Assembly: GCA_963708135.1 (NCBI GenBank)
Contig: OY970192.1
Span: 2,592,001 to 2,656,000, forward strand
DNA: 64,000 bases
Reading direction: 5' to 3'
Source of the DNA: an uncultured Gemmatimonadales bacterium
GTDB taxonomy: Bacteria > Gemmatimonadota > Gemmatimonadetes > Longimicrobiales > RSA9
A program made the position numbers and the translations under genes. This document shows, piece by piece, positions 1 through 11,772 of the stretch. Below the pieces are notes generated by a model. The model was given only the letters and a program-made list of their open reading frames with translations, was not told the origin of the DNA and did not search any database. Numbering within the stretch: position 1 is the first letter of the stretch; every line of letters starts with the position of its first letter.

Positions 1-1
1 C

Positions 2-940
2 GACCAGGGCAACGGCCAGATCTACTCGCCCAGCAACTCCGATGGCGAGTTCCACGGGCCCATGACGCTGCGCGAGGCGCTGAAGCGCTCGATCAACGTC
101 GTGGCGGTCAAGCTCGGGCTGGAGGTCGGCCTCGAGACGGTCGTGCAGTACGCGCACAGGATGGGCCTCACGACCCAGGTGCCCCCCTACCCCTCCATTG
201 CCATCGGCTCGGCCGACGTGGTGCCGCTCCAGATGGCCGGCGTCTATACCGCCTTCGCCAACGGCGGCGTGCACGCCGAGCCGTTCGGAATCCTCAGGGT
301 CGAGGATGCGGAGGGCAGGGTCCTCTGGCAGGAGCGCCCCGAGCGGCGCCCCGTGCTCGACTCCATGACCACCTACATCATCCGCGACATGATGCGTGGC
401 GTCGTGGACCACGGGACCGGCTATGCGGTGCGCGACCCCGACCGCGGCAACCTTCCCTACAGCATCCCCGTGGCGGGCAAGACCGGCACCACGAACGACT
501 ACACGGATGCCTGGTTCATCGGCACCACGCCCAACCTGCTAGCCGCCGTCTGGATGGGGTTCGACCGCCCGCAGACGATCTTCCACGGCGCGGAGGGCGG
601 CGCGCTGTCCGGACCGGTCTGGGGACAGTTCGCGCGCTCCGTCTACTTCGGCTCCGGGGAGGACGAGCCACCGCTCCTGCCCAAGCCGACGGAGCAGGAC
701 TGGCCAATGCCGGCCGGGCTCATCACCAGGCAGGTGGACAGCGAGACGGGCAAGCTCGCCACGCCGCTCTGCGCGGCCGACAGCGCCTATACCGAGATCT
801 TCATACCGGGCACCGAGCCGACCGAGGGCTGCACCGGCCACGAGCCGGGGCTGTTCGGCGGGATGCTCGGGCTGCCCCTCGACTCGCTCCGTGATACCAC
901 CCGCATCAAGCCGAAGGTCAACCCGAAGTTCAAGTTCTGA
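2..940 (+). CDS. Penicillin-binding protein 1A family, C-terminal transpeptidase part (5' truncated by window edge)
   Basis: SxN motif (RSINV) and KTG motif (AGKTGTT), plus the DAWFIG/VWMGFD signature. The frame is open back to the window start. Confidence 0.9.
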   Translation, partial: DQGNGQIYSPSNSDGEFHGPMTLREALKRSINVVAVKLGLEVGLETVVQYAHRMGLTTQVPPYPSIAIGSADVVPLQMAGVYTAFANGGVHAEPFGILRVEDAEGRVLWQERPERRPVLDSMTTYIIRDMMRGVVDHGTGYAVRDPDRGNLPYSIPVAGKTGTTNDYTDAWFIGTTPNLLAAVWMGFDRPQTIFHGAEGGALSGPVWGQFARSVYFGSGEDEPPLLPKPTEQDWPMPAGLITRQVDSETGKLATPLCAADSAYTEIFIPGTEPTEGCTGHEPGLFGGMLGLPLDSLRDTTRIKPKVNPKFKF

Positions 941-2288
941 GCTCCTCCACCCCCGCCGCGGTGATGCGGTGGGAGACGAGCGGCAGCGGCGCGGGGAGAC
1001 GATCCCCGGGCGCCACGATGTCCAGCGCCGCGAGCAGCGCCGCGGCGCCCGCGGCCGCATCCTCCTCGGTGCGCGCGTGCACCGTCGCCAGAGGCTCGCC
1101 GGCGGCGACCTCCACACCCGGCCGCGCGGTGATGTGGAAGCCCACGCCCGGGTCGATCGCCGCTTCGAGCGTGCGCCGCCCCGCGCCAAGCGCGACCGCG
1201 GCCTGCCCGACCGCCCTGGCGTCCACCCGCGCGACCACCCCCGCGCGTTCCGCGGTGACCACGCGCCGCACGGGCGCCTGCGGGAGCAGCGCGGGATCAT
1301 CGAGGACCGCCGGATTGCCCCCCTGCGCGGCGACGATCTCGCGCATCTTCTCGAGCGCACCTCCGTCCGCAAGCGCCGCCTCCGCCGTGGCCCGGGCCGC
1401 GGCCGCGGAGCCCGCCACACCGCCCAGCAGCAGCATCTCCGCGGCCTCGGCGAGCGTCGTCTCCAGCAGGTCCGGCGGCCCTTCCCCGCGCAGCGCGAAG
1501 ATCGCCTCCTCCGTTTCCAGAGCGTTCCCGACCGCGCGGCCGAGGGGACGGTCCATCGCGGTCACCAGCGCCACCACCTCCCGGCCGTAGCGCGTGCCGA
1601 TGTCGATCATGGTCCGGGCCAGCTCGATCACGCGCTCCAGGTCCGGCACGAACGCGCCGCCGCCGCGCTTCACGTCCAGCACCAGCGCATCGATCCCCTC
1701 CGCCAGCTTCTTGCTCATGATGCTCGAGGCGATCAGCGGGATCGATTCCACCGTGCCGGTCACGTCCCGGAGCGCGTAGAGACGACGGTCCAGCGGCGCG
1801 ATCTCGTCCGTCTGCCCGATCAGGGCGCAGCCGACGCGCTCGAGCTGCTCCCGGAACGCGCGCAGCGAGAGGTCCGTCCGGAAGCCCGGAATGCTCTCCA
1901 GCTTGTCGAGGGTGCCGCCCGTGTGGCCGAGTCCGCGCCCGCTCATCATCGGCACCACCACTCCGCACGCCGCCACGAGCGGCGCCAGCACGAGCGAGAC
2001 CTTGTCCCCCACGCCGCCGGTCGAGTGCTTGTCCACCTTCCGCCCGGGAACACCCGACAGGTCCACGACGGCGCCGGACCGCAGCATGACCTCCACCAGC
2101 GCCTCGAGCTCGGCGCCCCCGAGTCCGCGCAGGAAGATGGCCATCAGCAGCGCCGACATCTGGTAGTCGGGCAGCCGCCCCGCCTGGTACGCCTCGAAGA
2201 ACGCGCGTAGCTCCGCCGGCGCCAGCGCCGAGCCGTCCCGCTTCCGCTGGATGGTCAGGTAGGGGACGAACGACGTCGGCTCGCTCAC
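930..2288 (-). CDS. pdp: Thymidine/pyrimidine-nucleoside phosphorylase
   Basis: DKHSTGGVGDK, MSGRGLGHTGGTLDKLESIPGF and SIMSKKLAEG motifs. Likely GTG start at 2288 (VSEPTSF). Confidence 0.93.
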   Translation of the reverse strand: MSEPTSFVPYLTIQRKRDGSALAPAELRAFFEAYQAGRLPDYQMSALLMAIFLRGLGGAELEALVEVMLRSGAVVDLSGVPGRKVDKHSTGGVGDKVSLVLAPLVAACGVVVPMMSGRGLGHTGGTLDKLESIPGFRTDLSLRAFREQLERVGCALIGQTDEIAPLDRRLYALRDVTGTVESIPLIASSIMSKKLAEGIDALVLDVKRGGGAFVPDLERVIELARTMIDIGTRYGREVVALVTAMDRPLGRAVGNALETEEAIFALRGEGPPDLLETTLAEAAEMLLLGGVAGSAAAARATAEAALADGGALEKMREIVAAQGGNPAVLDDPALLPQAPVRRVVTAERAGVVARVDARAVGQAAVALGAGRRTLEAAIDPGVGFHITARPGVEVAAGEPLATVHARTEEDAAAGAAALLAALDIVAPGDRLPAPLPLVSHRITAAGVEELRT

Positions 2289-2301
2289 CGAAGGTCCGCG
2301 T

Positions 2302-3834
2302 CTAGCCGTGGATGTGGAGGGGCGGGTCCTCGCCTCGCGCCGCGGCGCCCCAGGCATGGAAGAACTCGGCGAGCCAGTCGTAGATGCTGCGCATCGAGCC
2401 CTGCATGCGCCGCATCCGCTCCGCCCGCTCGCCGGCGGGCATCTCCAGGGCCGCGCGGATGCGCTCGGCCGTACCCTCGACGTCGTAAGGATTCAACTCA
2501 ATGCAGCCGTCCAGCTCCCGCACCGCGCCTGCGAAGCGCGACAGCAGCAGCACGCCCCGATGGTCAACCTGGCTGGCGACGAACTCCTTCGCCACGAGGT
2601 TCATGCCGTCCTGCAGCGAGCTGACCACGCAAACGTCCGCCGCGCGGTACAGGGCGGCCAGTCGATCCCGCGAGAGCGACTCCTTGAGCAGATGGATCGG
2701 ACGCCAGCCGCCCGTGCCGTACCGGTCGTTGATCTGCCAGACCAGCCGGTCCAGCTTCTCGTTCAGCCAGTCATACGCCTCGATGTCCGTGCGGCTCGGC
2801 ACCGCCACCTGCACGAACGTGAAGCGCTCGCGCAGCTCGGGGTGCTCGTCCCACAGGATCTCGAGCGCCTTCAGCTTCTCCTCCAGCCCCTTGGAGTAGT
2901 CCATGCGATCCACCCCGATGCCGAACTGCCCGCCGTCGCCCGCGTAGCGGGCTCGCACGCGTGCGAGCTGAGCCTGCGTGGCCCGGCCGCGGGCCACGGC
3001 CTCGCGCGCCTCCACGTCGATCGAAATCGGGAACGCCCGTACGAAGCAGGTGTGCCCGTCCAGACGCGCCGCGCGCCGCTCACGCTCGACCTCCGCCCCC
3101 ACGATCGCCTCGGCCGCTTCCAGGAAGTAATCGCCGTACGAGGTCAGATGGAAGCCGAGTAGATCGTTGGCGAGAAGCCCCCGCAGCAGATCCGGCGCCT
3201 GGGGCGCGATGCTGAAGATCTCGATCGGCGGCCAGGGGATGTGCCAGAAGTGGGCGAGCGTGAGGTCCGGCCGCTCGGCGCCGACGAACCCCGGCGCGAG
3301 CGCGAGGTGGTAGTCCTGGAACCATACCGCCGCGGCACCATCGGAGACCTCGTCGAGGACGGCCCGGGCGAAGCGGCGATTCACCTCGGCGTAGCGCTCC
3401 CAGTGACGGTGCCGGATGCGCGTCAGCGCCGGCCGGAAGTGGCAAAGCGGCCAGAGGAATTCGTTCGAGTAGCCGAGGTAGTAGTCGTGGATGTCGCGCT
3501 GGTCGAGCCACAGCCGACGTAGCGTGTAGTGTGGCGACTCCGGCGGAACGCCGATCCGGTCCGCCTCGTCCACCACGTCCGCGTCGGCGTCCCCGCTCCC
3601 CCACGCGATCCACACCCCGCCCACCGACTGCAGCACCGGATCCAGGGCGGAGGTCAGGCCGCCGGCCGGACGCTGGAACTCGATCTCGTCGCGCTCCTCT
3701 GCCCAGTAGTGCTCGTACGGCTCGCGGTTGCTGACCAGGACGAAGCGCTCGCGCGGGAACGCCTCCCGGAAGAGCGCGCCCATTTCCTCCCGGCCGTGCC
3801 GCTGGATGCGCGGGCTCGCCGCGCGCTCCGTCAC
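2302..3834 (-). CDS. otsA: Trehalose-6-phosphate synthase (GT20)
   Basis: VSNREP, GGL, W.QDYHL, HFWHIPWP, GVDRMDYSKG and DGMNLVAKEF motifs. Confidence 0.93.
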   Translation of the reverse strand: MTERAASPRIQRHGREEMGALFREAFPRERFVLVSNREPYEHYWAEERDEIEFQRPAGGLTSALDPVLQSVGGVWIAWGSGDADADVVDEADRIGVPPESPHYTLRRLWLDQRDIHDYYLGYSNEFLWPLCHFRPALTRIRHRHWERYAEVNRRFARAVLDEVSDGAAAVWFQDYHLALAPGFVGAERPDLTLAHFWHIPWPPIEIFSIAPQAPDLLRGLLANDLLGFHLTSYGDYFLEAAEAIVGAEVERERRAARLDGHTCFVRAFPISIDVEAREAVARGRATQAQLARVRARYAGDGGQFGIGVDRMDYSKGLEEKLKALEILWDEHPELRERFTFVQVAVPSRTDIEAYDWLNEKLDRLVWQINDRYGTGGWRPIHLLKESLSRDRLAALYRAADVCVVSSLQDGMNLVAKEFVASQVDHRGVLLLSRFAGAVRELDGCIELNPYDVEGTAERIRAALEMPAGERAERMRRMQGSMRSIYDWLAEFFHAWGAAARGEDPPLHIHG

Positions 3835-4064
3835 AGCTTCAGCCGCCTCCGTCCAGCACGCACCGCCGAGCCCACGTCGTCCGTCAGCTCGTCCCAGCGG
3901 CCGGCCGCCTCCTCACGCGCGTCCGACGCCGCCTTCACCAGGCGACGGCGCGTTCGCTTGCCGCTCTGCGGCGCGAGCAGCAGGGCCGTGCCCGCTCCGA
4001 TCGCCGCGCCGACCAGCAGGCCGGTCAGGAAGCTCAGGCTTGCACTGCGGTCCTCGTAGTACAT
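3831..4064 (-). CDS. YtxH-domain small membrane protein
   Basis: FLTGLLVGAAIGAGTALLLAPQSGKRTRRRL is the YtxH signature. GTGA overlap with otsA. Confidence 0.88.
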   Translation of the reverse strand: MYYEDRSASLSFLTGLLVGAAIGAGTALLLAPQSGKRTRRRLVKAASDAREEAAGRWDELTDDVGSAVRAGRRRLKL

Positions 4065-4111
4065 TGGGCCACCCCGGTTTCACGGGTGCTATGAGGTTCG
4101 CCTGCGCGGGA

Positions 4112-4127
4112 CGCAACGCGTATGCCG
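4112..4127 (-). promoter_or_regulatory. Putative sigma-54 (-24/-12) promoter for ytxH-otsA-pdp
   Basis: Minus strand reads CGGCATA-CGCG-TTGC (GG-N10-GC), about 50 nt upstream of the ytxH ATG. Confidence 0.6.
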
Positions 4128-4231
4128 CACGGCCGCGGCTCTCGGCCGCGGACTTCAAGCATAGGGCGCGGCCGCCGCCCCCGTCAAACCGGTCCGGCAT
4201 CGCTGCCGCGCCCGCGCGGCGGAACCGTGCG

Positions 4232-4247
4232 GGGCACGAGTCGTGCA
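4232..4247 (+). promoter_or_regulatory. Putative sigma-54 promoter for the diguanylate cyclase operon
   Basis: GGGCACG-AGTC-GTGCA (GG-N10-GC); the -12 element is imperfect. Confidence 0.45.
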
Positions 4248-4352
4248 ATCGCAGCACGATAGCGGACCGGCCGCGGAGGCCCGTCCCGCAAACACCATCT
4301 CCGGCCGCGCCGCCCCCGGCCGCCCGGGAGGAAAGGTCGAGAACGAGCGCGC

Positions 4353-5327
4353 ATGAAGTCCGAGGCACGTCTCCAGGAGAATGGCAGGGAGCCGCGCATC
4401 CTCGTCGTCGATGACAATCCGGACAACGTGGAGATCATCGGGACGCGGCTGCGCTTTCGTGGCTACGACGTGGTCGAGTCGAGCCACGGCCAGGATGCCC
4501 TCGCCAAGGTCCGTCTCCACGCTCCCGACCTCATCCTTCTCAATGTCATGCTCCCCGACATCGACGGCTACGAGATCGCGCGCCGGCTCCGCAACAATGA
4601 CGACCTTCCCTACATCCCCATCATCCTGGTCACGGCGCGGGACTCCACCGAGGACAAGGTCGCCGGTCTCGATGCCGGCGCCGACGACTACCTGACCAAG
4701 CCGATCAACTTCCCCGAGCTCGAGGCGCGCGTTCGCTCAATGCTGCGCATCAAGCGGCTCCAGGACGAGCTGGAGGAGAAGAACCGCGAGCTCGAGCGGC
4801 TGAGCATCAGCGACGGGTTGACAGGACTCTACAACCACCGCCATATCCACGGCCTGTTGCACGAGGAGTGGGAGCGGGCCCAGCGGACCGGCGAGCGTCT
4901 GACGCTGGCGATGTTCGACCTGGACCACTTCAAGGCCGTGAATGACACCCACGGCCATCAGGCCGGCGACCGCGTGCTCCAGGGACTCGCCGACATCCTG
5001 CGCGAGACCGCGCGAGAGATCGACCGCCTGGGCCGTTACGGCGGCGAGGAGTTCATGGCCGTCCTTCCCGAAACCGGCATCGACAATGGCGAGGTCTTCG
5101 TCGAGCGGGTGCGCCGCGACGTGGCGCGACGCCCCTTCCGGGTGAACGGCCGCTCCATCCGCATGACGGTCTCGGCGGGCATCGCCACCTACCCGCACGC
5201 CGAGGTGGATACGCCCGGCGCGCTCGTGCGCTGCGCCGACCAGGCGCTCTACGCCGCGAAGGCGGGCGGCCGCAACCTCGTCGTCCGCTACGACAGACTC
5301 GAGAACGCAGAGACCATTCGCCCCTGA
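4353..5327 (+). CDS. Receiver-GGDEF diguanylate cyclase (PleD/WspR-like)
   Basis: N-terminal REC (LVVDDN...KP), coiled coil, DGLTGL, RxxD I-site (REID) and GRYGGEEF active site. Confidence 0.93.
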   Translation: MKSEARLQENGREPRILVVDDNPDNVEIIGTRLRFRGYDVVESSHGQDALAKVRLHAPDLILLNVMLPDIDGYEIARRLRNNDDLPYIPIILVTARDSTEDKVAGLDAGADDYLTKPINFPELEARVRSMLRIKRLQDELEEKNRELERLSISDGLTGLYNHRHIHGLLHEEWERAQRTGERLTLAMFDLDHFKAVNDTHGHQAGDRVLQGLADILRETAREIDRLGRYGGEEFMAVLPETGIDNGEVFVERVRRDVARRPFRVNGRSIRMTVSAGIATYPHAEVDTPGALVRCADQALYAAKAGGRNLVVRYDRLENAETIRP

Positions 5328-7421
<2,094 letters not shown>

Positions 7422-7979
7422 ATGCGAAATCCCGGATCACAGACGCCCGAGCTCGCGCTCCCCGTGGCGTCCCTCGCGGCGCTGCGCGAGGCGCTTCTCG
7501 CCGAGATCGGAGCCAATGCTGCAGCGCGCGTGTTGCAGGCGGCTGGCCACGCCGCCGGCGACGCTCTCTTCGAGATCCTCGACGCCGGCGCGGGCGCGGC
7601 ACCGGACGGCGGCACCGGCGCTCTCGGTGAGGCCGCGTTCTGGCGCCGCCTCAACGACCTCTTCGCCACCCGCGGCTGGGGCCACCTCGAGCACGACGCG
7701 CTCCACCCCGGAGTCGGCGCCCTCGAGAGCGGCGACTGGGTGGAAGCCGAGGCCGCCGGCAGCGCCGGACGCCCGAGCTGCTTCTTCACCACCGGCATGC
7801 TGGCCCGGATCCTCGGGCGCACCGCCGGCGCCGATTTGGCCGTCCTCGAGGCGGAGTGCCGCGCGCGCGGCGACCTTCACTGCCGCTTCCTCTTCGGCGG
7901 TCCGGAGGCGCTCTCCGCGGTCTACGACGCGCTCTGCGCGGGTGAGGACGTCGATCGGTCGGTCGCGGACCTCGTGTAG
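7422..7979 (+). CDS. Stand-alone V4R (4-vinyl reductase-like) domain protein
   Basis: GWG motif, then CFFTTG...E-x2-C-x7-CRF, typical of V4R. Abuts the ligA stop. Confidence 0.8.
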   Translation: MRNPGSQTPELALPVASLAALREALLAEIGANAAARVLQAAGHAAGDALFEILDAGAGAAPDGGTGALGEAAFWRRLNDLFATRGWGHLEHDALHPGVGALESGDWVEAEAAGSAGRPSCFFTTGMLARILGRTAGADLAVLEAECRARGDLHCRFLFGGPEALSAVYDALCAGEDVDRSVADLV

Positions 7980-8408
7980 GTGGCCCGCATCCTCGGTGTC
8001 GATTACGGTGAGCGCAGGATCGGTCTGGCCGTGAGCGACCCCACAGCCACCATCGCGCAGCCCCTGCCCACGCTGCTCCGGCGCCGTGGCAAGCGGCCGC
8101 CCGTCGCGGCGCTGGCGCGGATCGCCGCCGAACAGGAGGCCGTCGCGCTCGTCATTGGGCTGCCCCTCACCCCGGCAGGCGAGGAGAGCGACTGGACGCG
8201 CGAGGTCCGCGCCGTCGGCGACCGGCTCGCCGAGCGCACCGGCCTGCCCATCACCTTCGTCGACGAGCGCATGACCTCGGTCCGCGCCGAGCGGGCCGTG
8301 CGCTCGCTCGGCCTGCCGAAAGCAAGACGTGAGGAGAAGTCCCGCGTCGATACGGCCGCGGCGATCCTCATTCTGCAGGCCCATCTCAATGCGATCCCGC
8401 GGGGCTGA
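7980..8408 (+). CDS. ruvX: YqgF/RuvX pre-16S rRNA nuclease (Holliday junction resolvase-like)
   Basis: LGVDYGERRIGLAVSD, VIGLP, DERMTS and VDTAAAILILQ motifs. Confidence 0.95.
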   Translation: MARILGVDYGERRIGLAVSDPTATIAQPLPTLLRRRGKRPPVAALARIAAEQEAVALVIGLPLTPAGEESDWTREVRAVGDRLAERTGLPITFVDERMTSVRAERAVRSLGLPKARREEKSRVDTAAAILILQAHLNAIPRG

Positions 8409-9477
8409 CGCAGGGGCGGGACAACTCCTGGGCACGGCCCCCGGGCGCGGCCGGGCGCCGCGCCTCCGCGCGGCCGTCGCCGCACGGGTGTGCCGCGGCG
8501 TGGCCGCGCTCGCCCTCCTGCTCGCCGCGGCCGGCTGCGGCGGCGCCGGGCGCGGCCCGGAGACGCGGGTCGTGGTGCCGGAGGGCGCGCCGTTCTCCAC
8601 CATCCGGGATTCCCTTGCCGCGCACCACATCGTCCGCTTTCCGCCGCTCTTCGGCCTGTACGCCCGCCTGAGCGGCGCGGCCTCTCGGGTCGAGGCCGGG
8701 ACGTACGCCTTCCGGCGCGATACGGGGTGGAAGCAGGTGCTGGACGACCTCGTCAACGGCCGCCGGCTCACGGATCGGCTGGTCGTCCCCGAGGCCTGGA
8801 CCACCGCGCGCCTGGCGCCGCGGCTCGCCAGCATCTCCGGCGTTCCCGCCGACTCGGTTCTGAAGATCCTGCGCGACACCACGAGCGCCCGCAGATACGC
8901 CGTGCCGGGCCCGACGCTGGAAGGATATCTCTACCCCGCCACGTACACGTGGCCGGTGGGCATGCCGCTGGATGCGATGATCGGACGGATGGTCCACGCG
9001 TTCCACCGGGCCTGGACGCCGGCCCGGCAGGCGGCCGCGGATTCGGCCGGGATGAGCGAGCGCGACGTGGTCACCCTCGCCTCCATTGTCGAGAGCGAGG
9101 CCAAGCACCCCGGCGAGATGCCGATCATCTCCGCCGTCTACCACAACCGCCTCCGGCTCGGCTACCCTCTCCAGGCCGATCCGACCGTGCAGTACGCGCT
9201 CGGCGGGCACCGCGACCGCCTGCTCTACGCGGCCATCGACAGCGCGGCGAAGAACCCGTACAACACGTACACGCACAAGGGCCTTCCCCCCGGCCCCATC
9301 GCCTCCCCTAGCGCCCGGGCGCTGGACGCCGCGCTCCACCCGGCCGCCGCCGACTTCCTCTACTTCGTGGCTCTTCCCGACGGGAGTCACGTGTTCACCC
9401 GCTCGCTGCGCCAGCACGAGATCGCCAAGGCGGCCGCACGAAAGGCGTGGCGGGCGGCGGCCGATTCCGGGCGGTGA
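8389..9477 (+). CDS. mltG: Endolytic transglycosylase MltG (start uncertain: 8389 ATG or 8488 GTG)
   Basis: LEGYLYPATY, LASIVESEA, LQADPTVQY, PYNTY...GLPPGPI and FLYFVA motifs; lipobox-like LAAAGC. Confidence 0.92.
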   Translation: MRSRGADAGAGQLLGTAPGRGRAPRLRAAVAARVCRGVAALALLLAAAGCGGAGRGPETRVVVPEGAPFSTIRDSLAAHHIVRFPPLFGLYARLSGAASRVEAGTYAFRRDTGWKQVLDDLVNGRRLTDRLVVPEAWTTARLAPRLASISGVPADSVLKILRDTTSARRYAVPGPTLEGYLYPATYTWPVGMPLDAMIGRMVHAFHRAWTPARQAAADSAGMSERDVVTLASIVESEAKHPGEMPIISAVYHNRLRLGYPLQADPTVQYALGGHRDRLLYAAIDSAAKNPYNTYTHKGLPPGPIASPSARALDAALHPAAADFLYFVALPDGSHVFTRSLRQHEIAKAAARKAWRAAADSGR

Positions 9478-10109
9478 TGCTCGACCTCCGCCTGATCGTC
9501 ATCACCGATCCCGTCGCGGCGGGCACCCGCGGCATCCTGCGCGTCGCCGCCGAATGCCTCGAGGCCGGGGCTCCGGCCATCCAGCTCCGTCACAAGGGCG
9601 CCGGCGCCGGCGCGCTCCTCGAGCAGGCGCGTGCGCTGCGCGTGCTGACCCGCAGGCATGGCGCGCTGCTCTTCGTGAACGATCGCCTCGATGTCGCTCT
9701 CGCCGCGGCTGCGGACGGCCTCCACCTCGGGCCGGACGATCTGCCGGTCGCGGCCGCGCGCGCCGTCGCCCCGCCCGCCCTGCACCTCGGCTACTCGACC
9801 GACCGGCCGGAGGAGGCGCGCGCCGCGGAGAGCGCGGGCGCCGCCTATATCGGCTGTGGCGCGGTCTTCGGCACCACGTCGAAGGCGGATGTGGGGGAGG
9901 AGCGGATCGGTCCGGAGGGCGTGCGGCGTGTCGTGCAGGCGGTGCGCGCGCCGGTGATCGGCATCGGCGGCATTACGCCCGCGAACGTGGCGGAGGTGGC
10001 AGCCGCGGGTGCCGCCGGCGTCGCCGTGATCCGCGCCGTCATGGCCGCGACGCAGCCGGGCGAGGTCGTGGAAGCCCTGCTCGCCCCCTTCCCTCGGCGA
10101 GCGGGCTGA
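9477..10109 (+). CDS. thiE: Thiamine-phosphate synthase
   Basis: IQLRHK, VNDRLDVA, GLHLGPDD, GYST, TTSK and IGIGGI motifs. TGATG overlap with mltG. Confidence 0.93.
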   Translation: MLDLRLIVITDPVAAGTRGILRVAAECLEAGAPAIQLRHKGAGAGALLEQARALRVLTRRHGALLFVNDRLDVALAAAADGLHLGPDDLPVAAARAVAPPALHLGYSTDRPEEARAAESAGAAYIGCGAVFGTTSKADVGEERIGPEGVRRVVQAVRAPVIGIGGITPANVAEVAAAGAAGVAVIRAVMAATQPGEVVEALLAPFPRRAG

Positions 10110-10115
10110 AGACGG

Positions 10116-11546
10116 CTACTCGTTCCGCAGCGCGCGCGGGCTCAGCGCGTGCTTCTTCAGCAGGCGGTGAATCGTCTTGCGATCGATTCCCGCCTCCCGG
10201 GCCGCACGCGAGATGTTGCCGTGGTGGCGCTCGAGCAGCTCCCGCAGGTAGGCACGCTCGAACGCATCGATCGCCTCGCTCTTGGCATCGTGGAACGGCC
10301 CGTCCATCCGCACCGGCAGCGGCTGACCGGCGCCGCGCCCACGCTGGATCTCCTCCGGCAGGTCCTCGACCCCGAGCTCCTCGCCCGGCAGCGCCAGCGA
10401 GACTACCCGCTCCATCACGTTCTGGAGCTGCCGCACGTTGCCCGGCCAGTCGAAGGCGACGAGCGCCCGCATCGCCTCACCCGAGAGCCGCAGCGGCGCC
10501 GCGCCGTCACGCTCGTACTCCTGGGCGTAGCGACGCAGGAAGTGCTGCGCCAGGAGCGGGATGTCCTCGCGACGCCCGCGCAGCGGCGGGATCCGGACCG
10601 GCACCACGTTCAGGCGGAAGAACAGGTCCTGGCGCAGCACCCCCGCGCGCACCGCTTCACTCGGGTCACGGTTCGTGGCCGCGATGACGCGGATGTCGAT
10701 CGGGATCTCGGCCGTGCCCCCGACCCGCCGGATCGAGCGCTCCTGGAGCACCCGCAGCAGCTTGGTCTGGAGTCCCAGCGGCATCTCGCTGATCTCGTCC
10801 AGGAAGAAGGTGCCGCCCGACGCGTGCTCGAGCAGCCCCCGCTTCTGCGACTCGGCGCCCGTGAACGCCCCCCGCTCGTGGCCGAACAGCTCCGACTCCA
10901 GCAGGTTCTCGGGAAACGCCGCGCAGTTCACGGCGACGAAGGGCCGCTCCGAGCGCCGGCTGCGCACGTGCGTCGCCCGCGCGATCAGCTCCTTGCCCGT
11001 CCCGCTCTCGCCGCTGATCAGCACGCTCGCGTCCGTCGGGGCGACCCGCGAAACCACCGACGCAACCTGCTGCATGGCCTCGCTGCCACCCACCACGTTC
11101 TCGAGCGAGTAGCGCTCCTGGAGCTGCCCCCGCAGGCGCCGGTTGTCCCGCGCCAGCTGCACTCGGTTGGCCGCCCGCCCCATCAGCACCTGCAGCTGCG
11201 TGGCCGTGAACGGCTTCGGGATATAGTCGTACGCCCCCGCCCGGATCGCCTCGATGCTCGAGTCCACCGTCGCGAACGCCGTGATCATGATCACCAGCAG
11301 ATCCGGATCCACCGCGCGCGCCTCCCGCAGCAGCGCCAGCCCGTCCATGTCCGGGAGGTTCAGGTCAGTCAGCATGATCTCCGGCCGCTGCCGCCGCACC
11401 AGCTCCAGCCCCTCCTGCCCACGGGTCGCCGTCAGTACCGCGTACCCCTCCTGCTCGAGCAGCCGGGCACACGTGCGCACCAGCAGCGCCTCGTCATCCA
11501 CGACGAGCACCTTCAGCGCCGAAGCCGTCTGCGGGTCGGGGGTCAT
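10116..11546 (-). CDS. NtrC-family sigma-54-dependent response regulator (REC-AAA+-HTH)
   Basis: VVDDE and LTDL receiver, GESGTGKE, ESELFGHERGAFTGA, WPGNVRQL and a Fis-type HTH. Real start MTPDPQ at 11546; the ORF-track extension runs into the 5S rRNA. Confidence 0.93.
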   Translation of the reverse strand: MTPDPQTASALKVLVVDDEALLVRTCARLLEQEGYAVLTATRGQEGLELVRRQRPEIMLTDLNLPDMDGLALLREARAVDPDLLVIMITAFATVDSSIEAIRAGAYDYIPKPFTATQLQVLMGRAANRVQLARDNRRLRGQLQERYSLENVVGGSEAMQQVASVVSRVAPTDASVLISGESGTGKELIARATHVRSRRSERPFVAVNCAAFPENLLESELFGHERGAFTGAESQKRGLLEHASGGTFFLDEISEMPLGLQTKLLRVLQERSIRRVGGTAEIPIDIRVIAATNRDPSEAVRAGVLRQDLFFRLNVVPVRIPPLRGRREDIPLLAQHFLRRYAQEYERDGAAPLRLSGEAMRALVAFDWPGNVRQLQNVMERVVSLALPGEELGVEDLPEEIQRGRGAGQPLPVRMDGPFHDAKSEAIDAFERAYLRELLERHHGNISRAAREAGIDRKTIHRLLKKHALSPRALRNE

Positions 11547-11772
11547 GCGATGCCGGGTGAGCGGAACGGGAGGACCGTCGGATCCGTGCAAAGATAGGCC
11601 GCCCCACTGCCTCGCGCCACTTCCCGCCCGCCCGGCCCGACTGCGCCGGACTTCCCGCACCGGCTGGTGGCGAGGCGGGCCGCCAGGGAGCGGCCGGGCA
11701 GGGGCGGTGGGGCCAGGATGCGTCAGAGCCCCGGCGCGCCAGTGTTGGGGCGTCCGGGGCTCTGGAAGGTGA

